From the NCBI GenBank assembly GCA_035480035.1, contig DATIID010000001.1:137323-201322 (forward strand): a DNA stretch of 64,000 nt, read 5' to 3'. Of the stretch, positions 28,679-38,267 are shown in pieces. The position numbers and the translations under genes were made by a program. Positions within the stretch are counted from its first letter, which is position 1. Each line of letters starts with the position of its first letter. The notes beneath the pieces are model-generated. The model searched no databases. It was not told the origin of the DNA and saw only the letters and a list, made by a program, of their open reading frames with translations. The DNA comes from Candidatus Saccharimonadales bacterium. Its GTDB lineage: Bacteria > Patescibacteriota > Saccharimonadia > Saccharimonadales > OMJO01.

Positions 28679-29623
28679 ATGCCAAAACTAGAAATTCAGA
28701 GAATTAATACGGGTCTCGGTTTTGGAGAAGGCTCGATCACTTACTCAGAAAGAATTGATCAAGTTGGCGAACAAAAAATCAAGGCCGTAGAATCGGCCAT
28801 TAATTCTGGTGAGTTACTAGTGCCAATTGATACTGATTCTGATAGTCAAGTGATCGATGATGATGGTTGCGGCGACGGTCGGGTGGTACGTCGAATTTTT
28901 CACGGCGAAGTTGAAAAAAAGCATTCTTTGAGAAGGCCAAAAGTATTTGGCGGTGGGCCAGCTATGGCAGCAGCTAGTATAATCGGTCTTGGTGACGCCG
29001 AAAATCAAGGTTTACAAGAATTATTTTCGAATGGAATAAGTTCATTAAAAGCTTCAAAAATTGATTTTGGCGGACATACAGATAGCCATTCTCATGGACC
29101 AAACTGTGGTTGTGGCGCACTGGATAAAGCTCCGGAGGTGATTACCAATGTTGCCAAGTATGCTGATTCAATAAAGAATTCTATTATTGGTCTTGGTGAG
29201 GATACTACAGATTTGGATGAAGTTTTGGATAATTATAGGAACTACGCCGCCAAAATCGCGGAGCACAACGCGGATTATTCCGGAGCAGCTGTAATGTCGG
29301 AAATCATCGAAAGTGGAAAAATTGTCAAAGAGCTTGACGGGACACATAACGAGATGTTTATCGTTGTAAATTTCGTAGATGGACAAACCATTGATCAAGA
29401 GAAGGTTCGCGAATTAAGTGATGGTGATATCCAGGTTTTTGCGGTTGATGCTTGGCGACTTTATGATATTGCAGACCGACTTTATGACGGTGAGCCACAA
29501 GCTACAAAACACCAAGCTTTACTTGGTGAATTGGCATATACTCTTGGTGTTTCGGCCACTTTAACAAAAGGTGACTTGCCGGTATATGCTGTAACTCCAC
29601 GGACCGAACTGGTTACGGCGTAA
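28679..29623 (+). CDS. hypothetical protein with CxDxR...H...C(x)C signature (possible Zn enzyme)
   Basis: GGAGGTG SD 8 nt upstream of ATG 28679 (the track start 28631 is also possible). Motifs are DDDGCGDGRVV and FGGHTDSHSHGPNCGCGALD. Confidence 0.45.
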   Translation: MPKLEIQRINTGLGFGEGSITYSERIDQVGEQKIKAVESAINSGELLVPIDTDSDSQVIDDDGCGDGRVVRRIFHGEVEKKHSLRRPKVFGGGPAMAAASIIGLGDAENQGLQELFSNGISSLKASKIDFGGHTDSHSHGPNCGCGALDKAPEVITNVAKYADSIKNSIIGLGEDTTDLDEVLDNYRNYAAKIAEHNADYSGAAVMSEIIESGKIVKELDGTHNEMFIVVNFVDGQTIDQEKVRELSDGDIQVFAVDAWRLYDIADRLYDGEPQATKHQALLGELAYTLGVSATLTKGDLPVYAVTPRTELVTA

Positions 29624-29662
29624 AATTGACAATTATATTTGTGATAGCGCAAAAAAGTATTA

Positions 29663-29671
29663 TGCTATAGT
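29663..29671 (+). promoter_or_regulatory. extended -10 element upstream of the MIP channel gene
   Basis: TGcTATAGT. The leader contains a GGAGGG SD before ATG 29698. Confidence 0.35.
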
Positions 29672-29697
29672 CATAACTAATTGGAGGGTTTAAACAA

Positions 29698-30423
29698 ATG
29701 TTTGGACGTAATAAGGTAGCCATGATTGTGGCTGAATTTCTTGGTACCGCGATTTTGGCGGTAGCCGTTTTTTCAATGTCAAGGTATAGTGGTGCTCTAC
29801 CGTTCTTACCTTCACCGGCTTTCATTGCTGGTTTGACGGCTGGACTGATGGTACTGGTAGTCGGTGACATATCCGGTGCTCACATCAACCCGGCTGTAAC
29901 CTATGGTTTATGGACAGTCCGAAAAATTAGTACTTACCAAGCAGTTGTTTATATCACCGCTCAAATGTTGGGTGGTCTGGCCGCTTGGCAATTACTCAAA
30001 TATTTAGCGGTCGATAGCCGAGCTCCGCTGATGGATATTGCTGGCAAAAATATCGATGTTAAAGTGATGATCGCCGAAGGCCTGGGAGCATTCGTATTCA
30101 TAACGGGCGTAGCCGCCGCAGTCTATAAAAAGTTTGATGGCTTACAAAAAGCTTTTACGATTGGGGCTTCACTGACACTCGGTATTCTAGTCGCTTCTAT
30201 TTTTTCAAATGGCGTCGTTAACCCAGCCGTAGCGGTCGGCATACGTTCGTTCAATGTATCCTACGTTGTCGGTCCGTTAGTTGGCGCAGCAGTCGCTACT
30301 AACCTTTACGCATTACTATTTGCTCCTCAGGAAGCTAGAACATCATTGGTTCGACGAGCAGTTAGTGCCACCCGACGGTCAACTCCACGGGCTCGTGGTG
30401 GTTCAACACGTCGTCGACGCTAA
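29698..30423 (+). CDS. MIP-family channel (aquaporin/glycerol facilitator) with Arg-rich tail
   Basis: Two NPA boxes (HINPAVT, VNPAVAVG) and six TMs. The tail reads RRAVSATRRSTPRARGGSTRRRR. Confidence 0.85.
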   Translation: MFGRNKVAMIVAEFLGTAILAVAVFSMSRYSGALPFLPSPAFIAGLTAGLMVLVVGDISGAHINPAVTYGLWTVRKISTYQAVVYITAQMLGGLAAWQLLKYLAVDSRAPLMDIAGKNIDVKVMIAEGLGAFVFITGVAAAVYKKFDGLQKAFTIGASLTLGILVASIFSNGVVNPAVAVGIRSFNVSYVVGPLVGAAVATNLYALLFAPQEARTSLVRRAVSATRRSTPRARGGSTRRRR

Positions 30424-30425
30424 AA

Positions 30426-33400
30426 CTAAGAATTTTTTAGTAGATCTTCTTCGAACTGTAAAATACCTTGGAGATTTTGGGGATACATACTAGTATCTGG
30501 CAAATCAAGCTGCATTACACAGTTCCAAACGGCTTGGACGAGTGAAGCCAGTCGTGTCAGGTCGTCGGGTGTAGGTAGATAGGTCAGCGTCAACTTAGCC
30601 TTGGCATCGGCTTCGACGTATATCATCTGTCCAATTATTTCGCCCTTAACTTTTACGCCTGGATCTAATTTAAGTAAAAGAGCATAAAACATCAATTGAA
30701 GTTTGTGCCGCCAGGCTCGTACGCCATCATTACCCGAGGTCAGCGACAACGAGTTAAGCGGCCGCCCGGTTTTATAGTCCTGAACAATTGTATTTTCACC
30801 AGTCATATCCAATACATCTAACTTACCGCCAATTTTGGCGGTGTTACTGAGTATTTCGGTTATGTTGTACTCGGGTCGTGCGCCAATACTAAACTCCCAA
30901 TTATGTTTCTCCATGAAACGATTAAGTACTCGATGTCCAAGCGTGAGCCGTTTTTGGTAATCAGTTTCTGGTAGTCCCTGATCGAGCAGTGATTGATCAA
31001 ATCGAGCTAGTACTTTGGCGATATTAAAGTCGCTAGCATTATGAAGTAATAGAGCTTCTTCTAGAGCATCATGTACTGCGGTGCCCATGGCAGCTGATGG
31101 CGTCTTGGCTTCTGGCAGTCGAAGTAAATTCCGCTCCTTAAAATGCTGAGGACCGCCCCTGGTCACGTCCAAGAAGTTGATTAGATTCGAAACATTTAAA
31201 TGGTAAGTCTCAAGCCGCGGTTTCAATAATCTTAATTCATTGGATTGATCTAACCTTGGCCATAGCAGGGTTCGCTCGAGTACTTGGGCAAGTTCTTTGC
31301 CAGTGCTGGCTGGCTGATCGGTAATCGGTATGGCGTTGAGTGACTTAGCGGCCGGCACATTGTCGCCGGTTGGCGATGTATTGAAAGATCCAAATATCAA
31401 AGTGCTCTTAGCTCGGGTAGCCGCTACATACATCAACCGGACATAATCGTCGGCGTCGTCTTCAGCCGGTCGGAGTGGCAGATTGGCCGGCGGGATTCGT
31501 CCGTATGAGCGGGGCGACCATTCGCTTTCGACGGTGTCAATGATAATCACCGTATCAAATTCCAGACCCTTGGCTTTATGAACGCTCAACAGTTCAACAC
31601 AGTGTTCGCCACTGACAAATGGAGAAGTGTCGCTAATGACTTTATTATTCTCGATCATCAGATCAACGAATTGTACAAACGTTTCAACTTTGGCGACGCC
31701 GATTGATCGGAATTCACTAATTAGACCCCGTAGTAGCTGTACGGCCGACAACGTTTCTATATACGATTCGGCCATCATCTTACTTTTAAAGAAGTAATTG
31801 CGTACAGGGCTATCCAATAGATCGTTGTCTCGCAACCCCAAAATATATTCAACAACAACCATTAATGGCTCGCTAGCGCTGAGCTCGACTAACCAATTTA
31901 GCCAAGCACCGATTGCAGATAACTGTTTTTGTTTACTGGCTGACAGTCCGCTTAGCCAATCGTAGGTTTTCTGTTGATCGACCGCAAACTGCCAGAGTCG
32001 CTCGGACTTAATGCCCCACATTGGATGGCGCAAAGTTTGATTTAATAATTGATTAACTGAGCTGATTTCCCCTCTTTTTATATGTACGATTAGTTTCAGG
32101 ATAATGTAGAGCTGTTCAACCACCGGCTGCTCGAGAATGTTGTTGTTTTGTTCGTAATCAATCGGTATAGCTTTAGTGTGCAATAACATAGCAATATCAC
32201 GTAGGCTGCTATGATGACGAGCCAAAACAGCGACACTGCCCTTTTCTAACAACTGACCAGCCATATCAGCTAAATTATCCAATTGTTCCTGGCGGCTGCG
32301 ATAGCTACGGGTTTCAATCAAACCTTTGATTTTGGGTGAATTAACTGCCACCAGCTTTTTAGAAAGATCAGGACGTTCAGTAACTAGTCGATAACTGGCA
32401 TGCTCAATAATAGTTTTAACACTGTCTAAAACCGCTTGAGTTGAACGATAGTTATCGGTTAATACCACCGTTTTAGCACTCGGATATTGTCTAGTAAAGC
32501 CAAGCATATTACTTAACTCAGCACCCTGGAACTTAAAGATTGATTGGTCGTCATCGCCAACCGCCATAATGTTTGGGCTATCGAGCTCGACATTATCGGC
32601 AATGAGGTGGGCTAGCCTTAGTTGGGCAGCGTTGGTATCCTGAAACTCGTCAATTAACACATATTGAAATTGCTCTTGTAAACTGGCTCGCAGATCTTCG
32701 CGTTGCTCAATTTGGCCTATAACCTCAACTAGCATATCGGCATAGTCATAGTATCCGCGTCGATGTAGTCGGTCGCGATACTGCTCATATGCATCGGCAA
32801 TGGCCAACCACCACAGATTACGCTTTCTCTCGTCAAACATCGCGTATTGACCGTCGTGCTTTTGTAACCAACGAGATTTCCACTTGCTGATAGCGACAGT
32901 TTTGCCAGTATTCATATATTCACGACTAGCCCGTGCATGGCTGTCCGAAATTATAGTCTGAAGTGAACTAAGTGGTGTTATTAGTTTGTCAACTGTTTGC
33001 GCCGGCAAGGCTGCAACAATATTGTCAATTTGTTGGAGACTTTTAGGACTAACAGTAATCTGCCCCAAATCAGCCATTATTGGTTCAATGATATCTAGAT
33101 AAGCCAGATTAGCGGCAATTAAGGCCCGGAGTTTATCCGGTGTTAAACCAGCTTCTTTAGCTAGGTTAATCGCTGCTGAAACTTCGCGGATTAGAGTAAA
33201 TTGACCGGCAAACTTTAATGCCAACGGGTGTTCAGTCGGCAGATTGTTTAGTATTTGTTGCAAGACTTCCAGCTGAATGGCATCAGCCGCAATATCCAAC
33301 TGAGCGCCTTTCCAAAAGTACTCTGGGAATCGATTCATAATATCAGCCGCCAAGCCATGGAAAGTCTTTACCGCTACACTATGAGCTTCCTCTCCAATAA

Positions 33401-33632
33401 TATTAAGTAATCGTTGTTTCATATTATCGGTGGCTTTGTTTGTAAAAGTCAGACACAATATGCCCTCCGGGTAAATGTCACTTTTTAACAAGATGTTTGC
33501 TACCCGCATGCTTAATAGTTGGGTTTTGCCAGTGCCGGGCCCGGCAATTACCAATACTGGACCGTTAATACTATCGACTGCTTGACGTTGGCGAGAATTT
33601 AATTTGGCGTATTGTTTATCAAAACTATTCAC
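30426..33632 (-). CDS. UvrD/PcrA-family helicase fused to a RecB-type PD-(D/E)XK nuclease
   Basis: Walker A AGPGTGKT, motif II LIDEFQDTN, and a C-terminal nuclease motif GGKLDVLD...IVQDYKTG...QLMFYALL. 1068 aa with a GTG start. Confidence 0.8.
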   Translation of the reverse strand: MNSFDKQYAKLNSRQRQAVDSINGPVLVIAGPGTGKTQLLSMRVANILLKSDIYPEGILCLTFTNKATDNMKQRLLNIIGEEAHSVAVKTFHGLAADIMNRFPEYFWKGAQLDIAADAIQLEVLQQILNNLPTEHPLALKFAGQFTLIREVSAAINLAKEAGLTPDKLRALIAANLAYLDIIEPIMADLGQITVSPKSLQQIDNIVAALPAQTVDKLITPLSSLQTIISDSHARASREYMNTGKTVAISKWKSRWLQKHDGQYAMFDERKRNLWWLAIADAYEQYRDRLHRRGYYDYADMLVEVIGQIEQREDLRASLQEQFQYVLIDEFQDTNAAQLRLAHLIADNVELDSPNIMAVGDDDQSIFKFQGAELSNMLGFTRQYPSAKTVVLTDNYRSTQAVLDSVKTIIEHASYRLVTERPDLSKKLVAVNSPKIKGLIETRSYRSRQEQLDNLADMAGQLLEKGSVAVLARHHSSLRDIAMLLHTKAIPIDYEQNNNILEQPVVEQLYIILKLIVHIKRGEISSVNQLLNQTLRHPMWGIKSERLWQFAVDQQKTYDWLSGLSASKQKQLSAIGAWLNWLVELSASEPLMVVVEYILGLRDNDLLDSPVRNYFFKSKMMAESYIETLSAVQLLRGLISEFRSIGVAKVETFVQFVDLMIENNKVISDTSPFVSGEHCVELLSVHKAKGLEFDTVIIIDTVESEWSPRSYGRIPPANLPLRPAEDDADDYVRLMYVAATRAKSTLIFGSFNTSPTGDNVPAAKSLNAIPITDQPASTGKELAQVLERTLLWPRLDQSNELRLLKPRLETYHLNVSNLINFLDVTRGGPQHFKERNLLRLPEAKTPSAAMGTAVHDALEEALLLHNASDFNIAKVLARFDQSLLDQGLPETDYQKRLTLGHRVLNRFMEKHNWEFSIGARPEYNITEILSNTAKIGGKLDVLDMTGENTIVQDYKTGRPLNSLSLTSGNDGVRAWRHKLQLMFYALLLKLDPGVKVKGEIIGQMIYVEADAKAKLTLTYLPTPDDLTRLASLVQAVWNCVMQLDLPDTSMYPQNLQGILQFEEDLLKNS

Positions 33633-33639
33633 AATTTAT

Positions 33640-33721
33640 ATTGTACTGGTTTAATGTCTGACTAGGTACTAACTATATCCGGTTTAATCTCAGTTAATTT
33701 TCAGCCCAAAAGGCCTACAAT
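33640..33721. promoter_or_regulatory. divergent leaderless-type -10 boxes
   Basis: Minus strand: TACAAT (33645-33640), 7 nt, GTG 33632. Plus strand: TACAAT (33716-33721), 6 nt, ATG 33728. Confidence 0.4.
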
Positions 33722-33727
33722 AATGTT

Positions 33728-34408
33728 ATGCGTATTTTAGTTGTTGAGGACGAGCATAAGATTGCTAATGCTGTTAAGCGTGGCTTGGAACAACATACTT
33801 TTGCAGTTGATGTGGCTTATGATGGCGATCAGGGTTTAACTATGGCCATGACCGAACCGTATGACTTAATAATCTTGGATCGTATGCTACCTGGGTCAAT
33901 AGACGGACTTGGTATTTTAAAATCATTGCGCACCAACCAGAAACACGTACCTGTTTTATTCTTAACCGCCAAAGATCGAATACTGGATCGAAGTGACGGT
34001 CTAAACGCCGGTGCCGACGACTATTTAGTTAAACCCTTTGCTTTTGTTGAGTTAATCGCGCGGGTACGGGCCTTATTGCGTCGGCCACCGACGTCCATTC
34101 AAAACAGCCTAAGCTATAATGATTTAAGCCTTGATGCCGAACAATTTGTAGTGCGGCGCAATCATCAGCCAATCGAACTTACCACTCGGGAATTTGCCTT
34201 ACTTGAGTATTTGATGCGCAATGCGGAGCGAATTGTTACTAAGGATGCAATTATGCAACACGTTTGGAATTATGACGCCGATATATTACCTAACACAGTT
34301 GAGGTTTATATTGGCTACCTTAGAAACAAGATCGATAAACCATTCGAAAGCTCTAATCTAATCCATACTCGTCGTGGTTTCGGCTATTTCTTTGGGATTA
34401 AAAACTAA
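33728..34408 (+). CDS. OmpR-family response regulator
   Basis: Receiver domain (ILVVEDE...DLIILDRMLP...TAKD) plus a winged-helix domain (LTTREFALLEYL...VEVYIGYLRNK). Confidence 0.9.
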   Translation: MRILVVEDEHKIANAVKRGLEQHTFAVDVAYDGDQGLTMAMTEPYDLIILDRMLPGSIDGLGILKSLRTNQKHVPVLFLTAKDRILDRSDGLNAGADDYLVKPFAFVELIARVRALLRRPPTSIQNSLSYNDLSLDAEQFVVRRNHQPIELTTREFALLEYLMRNAERIVTKDAIMQHVWNYDADILPNTVEVYIGYLRNKIDKPFESSNLIHTRRGFGYFFGIKN

Positions 34409-35422
34409 ATGTTTCATAAAACCTCGCTTCGGCTAACTGGACTTTATCTGACAATAATTATGGTTATTAGTGTTTGTTTTAGTGTGACGGTTTATCATTT
34501 ATCAACTGAAGAACTTAATCATGGCTTTTCAAGACAGCAACAACTAATCGATCATTTACCAAGTTATGGCTTGGGCGGTAATATTCGTAATCAACTAATG
34601 AATCAACACGAACGTGATGTTGATGAAGCCAATAACCGAATAATTACTCGTTTAGTTATCACGAATCTTTTAATTTTAATGATTGGTGGCATCTTGAGCT
34701 ATTACTTAGCCCGAAGCAGCCTTAAACCGATTGAAGATGCCCACGAGGCTCAAAGTCGCTTTACAGCCGATGCTAGTCATGAACTTCGGACACCCTTAGC
34801 CGCTATGCAAACTGAGATAGAGGTCGCGTTGATGAAACCGCGCCTCAAGTTATCAGAGGCAAAAGAACAACTTAAGAGTAACCTAGATGAGATCGGTAAG
34901 CTAAATCAGCTCACTGACAGGTTGCTTCGTTTAGCTAGACTTGACCACAATGGCTTAAATAAAGAAAAAATTGAAATTCAAAAGATTATTAATTTAGCCA
35001 TGACTCGACTTTTGCCGACAGCCGAAGTTAAACATATTTTAATTGAAGCCCAAAACATTCAACCACTCAGGGTGGTTGGAGATGAAACTAGTTTGATCGA
35101 ATTATTGATGATTATTTTAGACAATGCCATAAAGTACAGCCCACCCAAATCACAAATTGAGCTGACGGTTAAAAAACAATTACAGCACGCAGTTATAACC
35201 ATTAATGACCACGGTATTGGCATTAAAGACGTCGACCAGGGCCATATCTTTGATCGCTTTTATCGAGCTGATAGTGCTCGAAATAAAAACCACCTCGCCG
35301 GCTATGGCTTGGGTCTGGCGATGGCCAAAAGCATTGTCGATCATCACGCTGGTCAAATAACGGTTAATAGTGTGTTTGGCCAGGGTTCAGTTTTTACAGT
35401 TCGTTTACCGCTAGCGACTTAA
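34409..35422 (+). CDS. sensor histidine kinase
   Basis: Two TMs, H-box FTADASHELRTPL, N box LDNAIKYS, G boxes DHGIGI and GYGLGLAM. Confidence 0.85.
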   Translation: MFHKTSLRLTGLYLTIIMVISVCFSVTVYHLSTEELNHGFSRQQQLIDHLPSYGLGGNIRNQLMNQHERDVDEANNRIITRLVITNLLILMIGGILSYYLARSSLKPIEDAHEAQSRFTADASHELRTPLAAMQTEIEVALMKPRLKLSEAKEQLKSNLDEIGKLNQLTDRLLRLARLDHNGLNKEKIEIQKIINLAMTRLLPTAEVKHILIEAQNIQPLRVVGDETSLIELLMIILDNAIKYSPPKSQIELTVKKQLQHAVITINDHGIGIKDVDQGHIFDRFYRADSARNKNHLAGYGLGLAMAKSIVDHHAGQITVNSVFGQGSVFTVRLPLAT

Positions 35423-35424
35423 GC

Positions 35425-36030
35425 CTAACGGTGTCGTTTAGATCGAGCCAGCAACCATACCAGCGAAGCGATAACTAGAAACATAGCCGAATAAAATCCG
35501 ACTTCACCATACAATTCGACTTTATAGCCTTCATTGAAGTTAAAGTAGAAATAAGCCACAGTGGTAGAGGTGTAGGCAGCGATACTCAGGGCTGCAGTAC
35601 CAAATATCGCTGTTCGACTAGCTGCAATGGCCGACACGACGATTGGTATTAAATACAAAACAACTGCCCGGCTAGCCATGCCTCGCTGAGTATAAACCTG
35701 ATAACTCGCAAAACTAATATCTGCCAAGATCAAGGTTAATAGCAAAAGTTTATAAACACCAACAGTGCGTATTCGAGTTCGAGCCATAAACCAAATAATT
35801 ACAACTATTGTTAGAAAAACGGCCGTTGATACCCAGCGGCGAAAAACAGCTTGAGGTGTTATCAATTTGGCCGCATCATAAGCAATTATTTGAATAATAA
35901 CGGCCAAAATATAAACAAAGTGTGCCCGAGTAGCGCGGATTAAGCCGACGTGCAGGTCGCTGTGGTTAGTCGATTTCATAACTAAAGGATAAGCGTATTG
36001 AAACATGTGGTGGCTAAAGGTGTCAACCAA
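35425..36030 (-). CDS. polytopic membrane protein, hypothetical
   Basis: About six hydrophobic segments. No family recognised. Confidence 0.35.
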   Translation of the reverse strand: MVDTFSHHMFQYAYPLVMKSTNHSDLHVGLIRATRAHFVYILAVIIQIIAYDAAKLITPQAVFRRWVSTAVFLTIVVIIWFMARTRIRTVGVYKLLLLTLILADISFASYQVYTQRGMASRAVVLYLIPIVVSAIAASRTAIFGTAALSIAAYTSTTVAYFYFNFNEGYKVELYGEVGFYSAMFLVIASLVWLLARSKRHR

Positions 36031-36036
36031 CCATAA

Positions 36037-37245
36037 TTATGTACGGGTGGTTAATTTCTTGATGGCCAACATTAAAGCAGCCTCTTTTAAACTAACCGAT
36101 TTAGCTGTTGATAAATTGTAAGTTGCATCAATAGCCGGGCGCAGATATTCTTCTAATCGTAAATTTACCTGGGCTTCAGACCATTTTTGGTGATTTGTAT
36201 TCTGGAGCCATTCAAGATAACTAACTATCACACCGCCGGAATTAGCAATAATGTCTGGCAAAATAGCCACACCGTTATTGTCTAATATTTCACCGGCTTC
36301 ATCATCGATGGGTCCATTAGCTAGTTCCATAATTAAATTGCTGTTCAGCTGATTGACATTTTTGGATGTAATTGCGCCCCCGAGAGCAGCCAGTACAAGC
36401 ACATCAACTGGCTGATTGAGTATTGCTTCAGCTGGCATGACTTCTATGCCCAGTTCTGAAAATTGAACAAAGTTATGACCGGCTGATTTAAATTTGGCTA
36501 AGCGTTTAGCCGATAAGCCATTATCCGAGACTAAAGTAGCAGAAGAATCGCTTGCCGCTTTCAATTTCCATTTTGGCTGTTCTTGCTCAGCGATTAAAGC
36601 GAAATAACTACCAACATTACCAAACCCCTGGACGGCATAGTCTAAACTTGCCGATCTTTTAGACAACCTCAGATATTCTTTAAGTATTGCAACTCCGCCT
36701 CGTCCGGTCGCCGCCTCACGACCTTGGCTGCCACCTTTTGCTAAACTTTTACCGGTAAAACTGGCGCCAGATTGATCGCCACTAATTTTGGCATACTCAT
36801 CAACCATCCAGTCGATTACTTGAGCATCAGTATTTACATCTGGCGCTGGGATATCTTGATCTGGTCCAATGTTGGTTGCTAAACCCTTAACATAGGCTCG
36901 ACTGAGTTCTTCTAATTCTGATTTAGACAATACTTTTGGGTTAACTCGAACGCCACCCTTACCACCGCCCAGCGGTAAGCCAACGGCCGCAGTCTTTAGG
37001 CTCATGAGTAGCGCCAGTGCTTTAACTTCATCCAGTTGGACTTCAGGGTGAAAGCGGACACCACCTTTATATGGGCCCAGCCGATTATTGTGCTGGACGC
37101 GGTATGCCGGTAGCCTTTTCCCAGATGATAATTCAATCTCGAATTCATGGACATGGTCATTTTTTAGCAATTTATCAATTTGTGCTTGATTTAGACCCAA
37201 TTGACGACCAACTTGTTGAACTAAATACTGTGTACTTTTGAGCAT
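36037..37245 (-). CDS. gdhA: Glu/Leu/Phe/Val dehydrogenase family (glutamate dehydrogenase-like)
   Basis: GPYKGGVRFHP and LPLGGGKGG catalytic motifs plus a Rossmann GFGNVG motif. Confidence 0.8.
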   Translation of the reverse strand: MLKSTQYLVQQVGRQLGLNQAQIDKLLKNDHVHEFEIELSSGKRLPAYRVQHNNRLGPYKGGVRFHPEVQLDEVKALALLMSLKTAAVGLPLGGGKGGVRVNPKVLSKSELEELSRAYVKGLATNIGPDQDIPAPDVNTDAQVIDWMVDEYAKISGDQSGASFTGKSLAKGGSQGREAATGRGGVAILKEYLRLSKRSASLDYAVQGFGNVGSYFALIAEQEQPKWKLKAASDSSATLVSDNGLSAKRLAKFKSAGHNFVQFSELGIEVMPAEAILNQPVDVLVLAALGGAITSKNVNQLNSNLIMELANGPIDDEAGEILDNNGVAILPDIIANSGGVIVSYLEWLQNTNHQKWSEAQVNLRLEEYLRPAIDATYNLSTAKSVSLKEAALMLAIKKLTTRT

Positions 37246-37307
37246 AATATAATTGATTCCTGAGCCTGCTAATTGTAACTAAATAATTTTGTCTAACCAA
37301 ACTCTGA

Positions 37308-37335
37308 TTGACTAGTGTTGATAAAGTATTAGAAT
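37308..37335 (+). promoter_or_regulatory. sigma70-like promoter, near-leaderless
   Basis: TTGACT (37308-37313), N16, TAGAAT (37330-37335), then 9 nt to ATG 37345 with no SD. Confidence 0.5.
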
Positions 37336-37344
37336 AGCTAAGTT

Positions 37345-38202
37345 ATGTTAAAAGTAGCAATTCAAGGTGCCCAAGGTTCGTTCCATGAGCTAGCCGCTCA
37401 GCGGTACTTTGGCAAAAAAGTGCCAATAGTTTACTGTGATACTTTTAAAGCAGTTTTTGATGCTATCCATGATAATACGGCGTCCGCTGCGGTTGTGGCG
37501 ATTGGCAATAGCCACTATGGTGATATTGATCAAGTTTACGATCGACTGATTGCTAACAATTTAAACCCCAAATCAAAGCTAAAATACTGGATAAGCGGTG
37601 AAGTTTACATAAATATTGAACAATGCCTGCTGGGCGTACCAGGCACAACCTTAAAAACCATCACTGAAGTCCACTCCCAAGCGCCGGCCCTAGGACAGTG
37701 TTTTAATTTTTTGCATACCCGTTTGAGCGGAGTTTTACATGTTGAACAAGATGATACTGCCAAAAGCGCATTACTGGTTAGTCAGTGGCAAGATCCAACA
37801 AAAGCGGCGATTGCCAGTCGAACGGCGGCTAAACTTTATAATCTAAAAGTAATTGCCAGTGCTATTCAAGATCATAAAGTAAATATCACTCGGTTTTTAA
37901 TCATTGAAACTTCCGCTATGCACGATTTAGCCGACAGTAACAAAACTTCACTGTTACTAAAAACCAGTCACCAACCTGGCTCCTTAGCCAAAGCTCTGGT
38001 ATTGTTTAGTGATTTTGACATTAACCTGAGTTATCTACAATCAGTACCGATTCCCCATCAGCCATTTCAATATCGTTTTTATATTGATATGGAAGCCGGT
38101 CTAGAAGACAAACGCGTCGTTAAAGCTTTAAAAGTATTACGCTTAGCAGACTATAAGATAGATGTACTTGGTAGCTACAAAAAGGCGAAATTCCCCAATT
38201 AA
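37345..38202 (+). CDS. pheA: prephenate dehydratase with ACT domain
   Basis: VAIQGAQGSFHE...NITRFLII...SLLLKTSHQPGSLAKAL pattern, 285 aa. Confidence 0.8.
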   Translation: MLKVAIQGAQGSFHELAAQRYFGKKVPIVYCDTFKAVFDAIHDNTASAAVVAIGNSHYGDIDQVYDRLIANNLNPKSKLKYWISGEVYINIEQCLLGVPGTTLKTITEVHSQAPALGQCFNFLHTRLSGVLHVEQDDTAKSALLVSQWQDPTKAAIASRTAAKLYNLKVIASAIQDHKVNITRFLIIETSAMHDLADSNKTSLLLKTSHQPGSLAKALVLFSDFDINLSYLQSVPIPHQPFQYRFYIDMEAGLEDKRVVKALKVLRLADYKIDVLGSYKKAKFPN

Positions 38203-38227
38203 AACTTCGGCAAAATAAAGCCTAAAT

Positions 38228-38247
38228 AATGTCAACATTTTGACATT
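38228..38247. repeat. perfect inverted repeat AATGTCAA-N4-TTGACATT
   Basis: Read directly. It shares the 11-mer ATAATGTCAAC (38226-38236) with 44328-44338. Confidence 0.6.
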
Positions 38248-38267
38248 GATATGTTAGGCTGTAATAG

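Noticed and set aside
29624-29634. Palindrome AATTGACAATT downstream of 28679..29623 as an operator related to the 63312-63328 palindrome
   Set aside because: It shares only the TTGACAAT core, which contains the -35 consensus. No correctly spaced -10 box lies on either strand. There is too little evidence to call a site.
38240-38267. TTGACA-N16-TAATAG as the promoter of the GT2 gene at 38268
   Set aside because: The -10 candidate abuts the ATG, so transcription would start inside the gene, and there is no downstream alternative Met. The true promoter remains unidentified.
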